Translations under genes and position numbers: made by a program
In this document: piece after piece, positions 58,772 through 64,000 of the stretch
How positions within the stretch are numbered: the stretch's first letter is position 1
Layout: every line of letters begins with the position of its first letter
From: an uncultured bacterium
GTDB lineage: Bacteria > Oederibacteriota > JAAXVQ01 > JAUVAV01
DNA: 64,000 nucleotides
Direction: 5' to 3'
NCBI GenBank assembly: GCA_963710755.1
Contig: CAVQBK010000003.1
Span: forward strand, 1,152,001 to 1,216,000
Notes under the pieces: model-generated
Told to the model about the DNA's origin: nothing
What the model saw: only the letters and a program-made list of their open reading frames with translations
Databases searched by the model: none

Positions 58772-60148
58772 ATGGACGAGAAGACCAACTTAAGGGACAA
58801 ACAAGTGGTGGTGGTGGGATTGGCCCGCAGCGGTGCGGCGGCCTGCCGTCTGGCTGTGAAGCATGGAGCCCACGTCACGGCCATAGACCAAAAAGCAGCG
58901 GACCAGCTGGGCGAGACGATCGCGGCCATGGAAGCGCTGGGGGTTAAAGTGCTTTGTGGCGGCTTGCCAAAGGACGCTTTAACCAGTGCGGATCTGGTGG
59001 TCGTCTCGCCCGGGGTGCCCCTGAATCTGCCGGCACTGCTGGCGGCTAAAGAGGCTCAGGTGCCCATTATTTCCGAATTGGAATTGGGTGCGCGTTTTTG
59101 CAAGGCCACCATTGCGGCAGTTACTGGCACCAATGGTAAAACCACTACCGTGCATTTGTTGTACGAAATTTTAAAGGAGGCCGGACGACCCTGTGCGCTG
59201 GCCGGCAATGTGGGCCTGGCCTTCTGTGATGTGGCGGAGTCTCTGCCGGAAGACGGCATTGCCGTATTGGAAGTTTCCAGTTTTCAATTGGAAGCCATCG
59301 AAAGTTTTCGTCCTCAGGTGGCTGCTATTTTAAATATTACGCCCGACCATCTGGATCGCTATGAAAACATGCAGGCCTATGTAGAAGCCAAAGCTGCGAT
59401 TATGCGTTATCAAAAGCCCAAGGATGTGCTGGTGCTTAATGGTGAAGACAAATACACACCTTTGCTTTCCAACCAGGCCCCGGGCCGGGTGCTGACCTTT
59501 TCTTCCAAGCGTCCGCCGGAAATCGAAGGCTGCTGGGCCCAGGATGGCCGCATTTACTACCGTTATTTTGGACTGGGACAGAATGTCATGATGCTGGCTG
59601 ATGAACTGATTATCCCTGGTCAGCACAATCTGGAAAACGCCCTGGCGGCCACGGCCATGGCCCTGGCTCTGGCGGTGGAGCCTAAAATCATCGTTCAAGC
59701 GCTCAAACATTTTCGCAGTGTCCCTCACCGGTTGGAAATGGTCGGGAAGATTGGCGGTGTGGCCTATATCAACGACTCCAAGGCCACTAATGTGGACGCG
59801 GTCAGCAAAGCCTTGGAGAGTTTTCGCAAACCTATTATCCTCATCCTGGGCGGCCGTGATAAGCAAGGGGATTTCGCCATGCTCAATCCTCTTATCAACC
59901 GTTACTGCCGCGCCGTGGTGCTCATGGGTGAGGCCGCAGGTACTATTGAAGCCCAATTGCGTGTCTCCTGTCCGGTCAAGAAAGTCAAAAGCATGCAGGA
60001 GGCAGTACTTGAAGCCAGCCAAGTGGCTCAGCCGCAGGATGTTGTTCTTTTGTCTCCGGGCTGCGCCAGCTTTGATCAGTTTAAAAATTATGAACACCGG
60101 GGCGAAGAATTCGCCCGTCTGGTAAACGCTATGGAAGGGAACGGGTGA
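58772..60148 (+). CDS. murD: UDP-MurNAc-L-Ala:D-Glu ligase
   Basis: GLARSG, GTNGKTTT, EVSSFQL, NDSKATN, SPGCASFDQF. Confidence 0.96.
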   Translation: MDEKTNLRDKQVVVVGLARSGAAACRLAVKHGAHVTAIDQKAADQLGETIAAMEALGVKVLCGGLPKDALTSADLVVVSPGVPLNLPALLAAKEAQVPIISELELGARFCKATIAAVTGTNGKTTTVHLLYEILKEAGRPCALAGNVGLAFCDVAESLPEDGIAVLEVSSFQLEAIESFRPQVAAILNITPDHLDRYENMQAYVEAKAAIMRYQKPKDVLVLNGEDKYTPLLSNQAPGRVLTFSSKRPPEIEGCWAQDGRIYYRYFGLGQNVMMLADELIIPGQHNLENALAATAMALALAVEPKIIVQALKHFRSVPHRLEMVGKIGGVAYINDSKATNVDAVSKALESFRKPIILILGGRDKQGDFAMLNPLINRYCRAVVLMGEAAGTIEAQLRVSCPVKKVKSMQEAVLEASQVAQPQDVVLLSPGCASFDQFKNYEHRGEEFARLVNAMEGNG

Positions 60149-60155
60149 CCAGCCT

Positions 60156-61280
60156 ATGACTTTGCCGGCTGCCAGCAAGGATGGCAACATTGATATCGGC
60201 CTGTTAACGCTCACCTTAATATTGGTGGCCGTGGGGCTGATCATGGTCTATTCCTCTTCCACCATTCTGGCCATGAATGTTTACGGCGATTCCTATATTT
60301 TTATCAAGCGCCAATTGCTGTGGGCGCTTCTGGGTTTCGGCGCGCTTATGGTGGCCGCCCAAACGCCTTATGAAATTTATCGACGTTATGCCAAGGTGGC
60401 CTTGATCGTCACCGTGGCTTTGCTCATGGCCGTGCTGGTGCTCTCGATTGGTAAAACCGCAGGCGGCGCCCGGCGCTGGCTGGTGCTGGGGTCCTTTTCC
60501 TTTCAGCCTTCGGAACTGCTCAAAGTGGTGCTGGTATTGTATATGGCGGATGTGCTGGTTAAACGGCAAAAAGTATTAGGTTCCTTTGTGGAAGGCCTGC
60601 TGCCGCAGCTGGCGGTTATGGCGGGGTTGGCCGGCTTGCTCCTGGTGCAGCCGGATTTGGGGGCTGCCGTGATACTGATCGTGGTGGGTTGTATCATGCT
60701 ATATATGGCCGGCGCCAAATTTCAGCACTTGGCGGCTCTGGCTTTGTCGGCGTTACCGCTCTTTTTTTTCCTGGTGCTGCAGGTGGATTACCGCCGCCGC
60801 CGTTGGGATGCCTTTCTTAATCCCTGGCAGGAACCTTTGGGCAAGGGGTTTCAAATCGTGCAATCCTATCTGGCGCTGGGCAGCGGTGGACTTTGGGGCC
60901 GGGGACTCTGCGACAGTCAGCAAAAATTATTTTATTTGCCGGCGCCGCATACGGATTTTATCTTTAGCATTTTGGGTGAGGAGTTGGGCTTTGCGGGCAC
61001 TTTTATTTTACTGCTGCTCTTCGGCCTGTTATGCTGGCGCGGTCTGATGATTGCCAGGCGCTGTCCTGATTTGTTCGGTAAACTGCTGGCGCTGGGCCTG
61101 TCCCTGCTCATTGGCGTGCAAGCCTTGATCAATATGGGCGTGGTCACCGGGCTGATGCCTACCAAAGGCACGACCCTGCCGTTCATCAGCGCCGGAGGGT
61201 CGTCTTTGTTTTTTTCGCTGGTGGCGGTGGGGATGTTGCTCTCCGTGTCCAGAGTTCAAGTTAAGGCGGAGAGTAGATGA
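60156..61280 (+). CDS. ftsW: SEDS peptidoglycan polymerase FtsW
   Basis: GARRW, QPSE, QPDLG, PAPHTDFIF, PFISAGGSS. Confidence 0.96.
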   Translation: MTLPAASKDGNIDIGLLTLTLILVAVGLIMVYSSSTILAMNVYGDSYIFIKRQLLWALLGFGALMVAAQTPYEIYRRYAKVALIVTVALLMAVLVLSIGKTAGGARRWLVLGSFSFQPSELLKVVLVLYMADVLVKRQKVLGSFVEGLLPQLAVMAGLAGLLLVQPDLGAAVILIVVGCIMLYMAGAKFQHLAALALSALPLFFFLVLQVDYRRRRWDAFLNPWQEPLGKGFQIVQSYLALGSGGLWGRGLCDSQQKLFYLPAPHTDFIFSILGEELGFAGTFILLLLFGLLCWRGLMIARRCPDLFGKLLALGLSLLIGVQALINMGVVTGLMPTKGTTLPFISAGGSSLFFSLVAVGMLLSVSRVQVKAESR

Positions 61281-62383
61281 CCGCGGCATTTGGTTTTTGC
61301 GGCGGCGGCACAGGCGGCCATATTTTCCCGGCCTTGGCTGTTGTGCGGGCGTTGCAAAAGCTGCAGCCTGAGGCGGCTATTGCTTATTTTGGAAAAAGCA
61401 CGGGCATGGAATCGCGTATTGTGCCCCAGCAGGGATTGGCTTTCTACGGATTGGAAGTGACCGGGTTGTCACGCAGTCTGTCGGTAGGGAATTTAAAAAC
61501 CCTGTGGCAAGCCGGCATGGCCTATGGCACGGCCAGGAAGATTCTGAAGCAATTAAGAATCAATGCGGTTTTGGGCACGGGTGGTTTTGTTTGTGGCCCG
61601 GTGATTACTGCGGCCGCCAGCCTGCGCATACCCAGTGTTATTCATGAAAGTAATGCGGTTCCGGGATTGACCAATCGCCTTTTGGGATCACTGGCCAGTA
61701 AAGTGGCGGTAAGCCATACCATTACAGCCCGTTATTTTGATGAGAACAAGATCGTCCATACCGGATTTCCTTTGCGCGAAGGCTTGAGTGCCACCCGGAC
61801 GGAGGCGTTGTACAGTCAATTTGGTCTGACGCCCGATAAAATCACGGTGTTTATATTTCCAGGCAGCCTGGCAGCCAGAAAGATCAACAAGACTATTATT
61901 GATCTGGTGCCTCAGCTGAAAAACAGCCTGCCCCAGGTTCAATTTCTATGGATGACGGGTAAAGCTGATTTTGCTTGGGTGAACAAAGCCTGCGAAACTC
62001 AAGGGCTGGCGGCTTCGGTGCATGAGTTTATTGATGATGTACCCGCAGCCCTGGCTATTACGGATTTGGTGATCGCCCGGGCCGGAGCGGGCACGGTAGC
62101 GGAAATTTCCGCTACCGGAAAACCGGCCATCCTGGTGCCTTATCCTTATGCTACCGGAGACCACCAAACCAAGAATGCCATGATTCTGCAAAAAGCGGGC
62201 ATGGCCCGTATGGTGAAAGACGGTCAACTTCACGGTAAATTGCTTTTTTCCGAGCTCCGGCGCATGTTGGATCATTTGGATGCCTTGACCGAATGTGCTG
62301 AGGTGTGGAAGCACCATTATCCCAAAGATGCAGCCCACCAATTGGCACAATTAATGGTGGAGCTGGGGGAACGCAAGAAGTAG
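61277..62383 (+). CDS. murG: lipid II GlcNAc transferase
   Basis: GGGTGGHIFP, HESNAVPG, RAGA.TVAE, DHQTKNA. Confidence 0.96.
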   Translation: MTAAFGFCGGGTGGHIFPALAVVRALQKLQPEAAIAYFGKSTGMESRIVPQQGLAFYGLEVTGLSRSLSVGNLKTLWQAGMAYGTARKILKQLRINAVLGTGGFVCGPVITAAASLRIPSVIHESNAVPGLTNRLLGSLASKVAVSHTITARYFDENKIVHTGFPLREGLSATRTEALYSQFGLTPDKITVFIFPGSLAARKINKTIIDLVPQLKNSLPQVQFLWMTGKADFAWVNKACETQGLAASVHEFIDDVPAALAITDLVIARAGAGTVAEISATGKPAILVPYPYATGDHQTKNAMILQKAGMARMVKDGQLHGKLLFSELRRMLDHLDALTECAEVWKHHYPKDAAHQLAQLMVELGERKK

Positions 62384-62582
62384 CCCGCGGCCAAGGGGGG
62401 GGAGGGTGTGGTCCTCCGGGCCAGGACGATCAGGATGGTGAAAGGCGAAAGAACGCCAAGGCGCCAAGGAAAGTAAAAAACGTTAATCTTTGGCGGGTTT
62501 AGTCTTTCTTTGCGGAATAGCGGCTTGGCGTGAGATGAATTTTAGTCCAATTAGACAAGATTAGACTATAGCGGTTACGAGG

Positions 62583-63971
62583 TTGGATATGAAACATCAG
62601 CAAAAAATTCATTTTGTGGGTATTGGCGGTTCAGGCATGAGCGGCATTGCCGAAGTCCTGCTTAATCTGGGCTACCGCGTCACCGGCTCTGATTTGAAAC
62701 CCTCGGATATCACGCAGCGCCTAAAGCGACAGGGGGCCAAAGTGATGATCGGTCATCGCTCCGATCAATTGCCGGAAGGCACGGACATTGTCGTGGTCTC
62801 CAACGCGGTGCCTGATACCAATCCGGAGATTATCGAAGCCAGGGAACGGGGTGTTCCCGTGATTCCGCGGGCACTTATTCTCAATGACCTTATGCGTCTC
62901 AAACAGGGGGTGGCGATTGCCGGCACCCATGGCAAAACCACGACAACGTCCATGGTGGCCTGGATTCTTTCCAAAGCCGGTCTTGATCCCACGATGGTTA
63001 TTGGCGGCATTCTGAATAATTTTGCCCAAGGGGCCCGTATGGGCAAAGGCGACTACTTTGTAGTGGAGGCCTGTGAAGCTTATTCTTCATTCTTGCATTT
63101 AACGCCCAATGCCGTGGCGGTGACCAATGTGGATGACGACCACCTGGAGAATTACGGTTCCCGCGCGGCCTTGGATGAAGCCTTTGTCAATTTCATTAAT
63201 CGCGTTCCCTTTTGGGGTGTGGCGGTTATCAATGCCGATGATCCTGGCTTACAGGCACTGCTGCCGCGCCTGGTGGGCCGGGTGGTAACCTATGGGTTTG
63301 CTGCAGAGGCCGAGCTCCGGGGGCGCGATGTGGTGGTCTCCGCCATGAACCAACATTTCATGGTGGTCAGGAAAAACCGCCGGCTGGGCCGGATCAAGCT
63401 TAATCTGCCGGGCCGCTTCAATGTGCAAAATGCCCTGGCGGCCATCGGCCTGAGCCTGGAACTAAATGTGCCTTTCGCGGTGATCCAGGAAGCCTTGGCG
63501 GAATTTACAGGTGTCCAGCGGCGCTTTGAACGCAAGGGGGACTACCATGGCGCCCAGATTGTGGATGATTACGCCCATCATCCCACAGAACTGGAAGCCA
63601 CCTTGCAGGCTGCCCGATCTTTGGAACCGGCGCGGTTAATCGCTGTTTTTCAGCCCCATCTTTTCAGCCGTACCCAGCGTTTATACAAAGCTTTTGCGCG
63701 GGCTTTGAACCTGGCCGACCTGGTCTTTTTGGCGGACATTTATCCTGCCCGGGAGCAGCCTATTCCCGCAGTTTCGGCCCAACTGGTGGCAGACCAGTTG
63801 GCGCTGGATGGACATACAGTGCAAGCCGGACCCATGCCCTGGGCCGAGTTGGTGGATCCTATAAAAAAAATCTTACAACCTGGGGACATGCTGATTACCC
63901 TAGGTGCCGGTGATATCTGGAAATTAGGCAGAGAGCTTCTGAAAAATAAACGAAAAAAATCCAGTACATAA
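62583..63971 (+). CDS. murC: UDP-MurNAc:L-Ala ligase
   Basis: HFVGIGGSGMSG, GTHGKTTT, DDYAHHPTE, FQPH. Confidence 0.96.
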   Translation: MDMKHQQKIHFVGIGGSGMSGIAEVLLNLGYRVTGSDLKPSDITQRLKRQGAKVMIGHRSDQLPEGTDIVVVSNAVPDTNPEIIEARERGVPVIPRALILNDLMRLKQGVAIAGTHGKTTTTSMVAWILSKAGLDPTMVIGGILNNFAQGARMGKGDYFVVEACEAYSSFLHLTPNAVAVTNVDDDHLENYGSRAALDEAFVNFINRVPFWGVAVINADDPGLQALLPRLVGRVVTYGFAAEAELRGRDVVVSAMNQHFMVVRKNRRLGRIKLNLPGRFNVQNALAAIGLSLELNVPFAVIQEALAEFTGVQRRFERKGDYHGAQIVDDYAHHPTELEATLQAARSLEPARLIAVFQPHLFSRTQRLYKAFARALNLADLVFLADIYPAREQPIPAVSAQLVADQLALDGHTVQAGPMPWAELVDPIKKILQPGDMLITLGAGDIWKLGRELLKNKRKKSST

Positions 63972-63981
63972 GGAGAAGCCA

Positions 63982-64000
63982 ATGGAACGATCATCAAAAA
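63982..64000 (+). CDS. start of next dcw gene (partial, cut by window edge)
   Basis: AGGAG RBS then ATG at 63982; only 6 codons visible. Confidence 0.35.

Noticed and set aside
54108-60244. Long antisense ORFs (54108..54965, 59330..60244 and similar elsewhere)
   Set aside because: Fully opposite well-conserved genes (murE, murD); typical codon-bias shadows with no motifs

Overview
Bacterial chromosomal window of roughly 50% GC from a probably diderm organism; the taxon cannot be fixed from sequence alone. It is mostly housekeeping: uppP, der-plsY-gpsA, HU/IHF-merR-tRNA-Pro, an rpoS-like sigma factor with apt, ilvD-ilvBNC-leuCDB, asd, truA, rplM-rpsI, and the dcw cluster from mraZ to murC. 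Four tRNAs are present (Pro-GGG, Pro-CGG, Arg-CCT, Ala-GGC). No CRISPR array, integrase or transposase was found. The most unusual items are: (1) a 7 x 42-bp tandem array built around the tRNA-Pro 3' end, lying between two tRNA-Pro genes that share an identical 3' trailer; (2) a 2734-aa orphan membrane protein with a predicted TIKI/EreA/ChaN-like N-domain, a LysM domain and many TM helices, placed next to an HxHxQ nucleotidyl-transfer enzyme between truA and rplM; (3) an ODP-type di-iron protein followed by two paralogous Roadblock proteins; (4) a beta-barrel-like gene broken by about 7 single-base indels in an otherwise clean window; (5) a non-canonical STAS protein inside the dcw operon; (6) a PssA-like protein whose catalytic motif has decayed; (7) several families of small palindromic/MITE-like intergenic elements. 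All family assignments come from motif recognition by eye, not from database searches.
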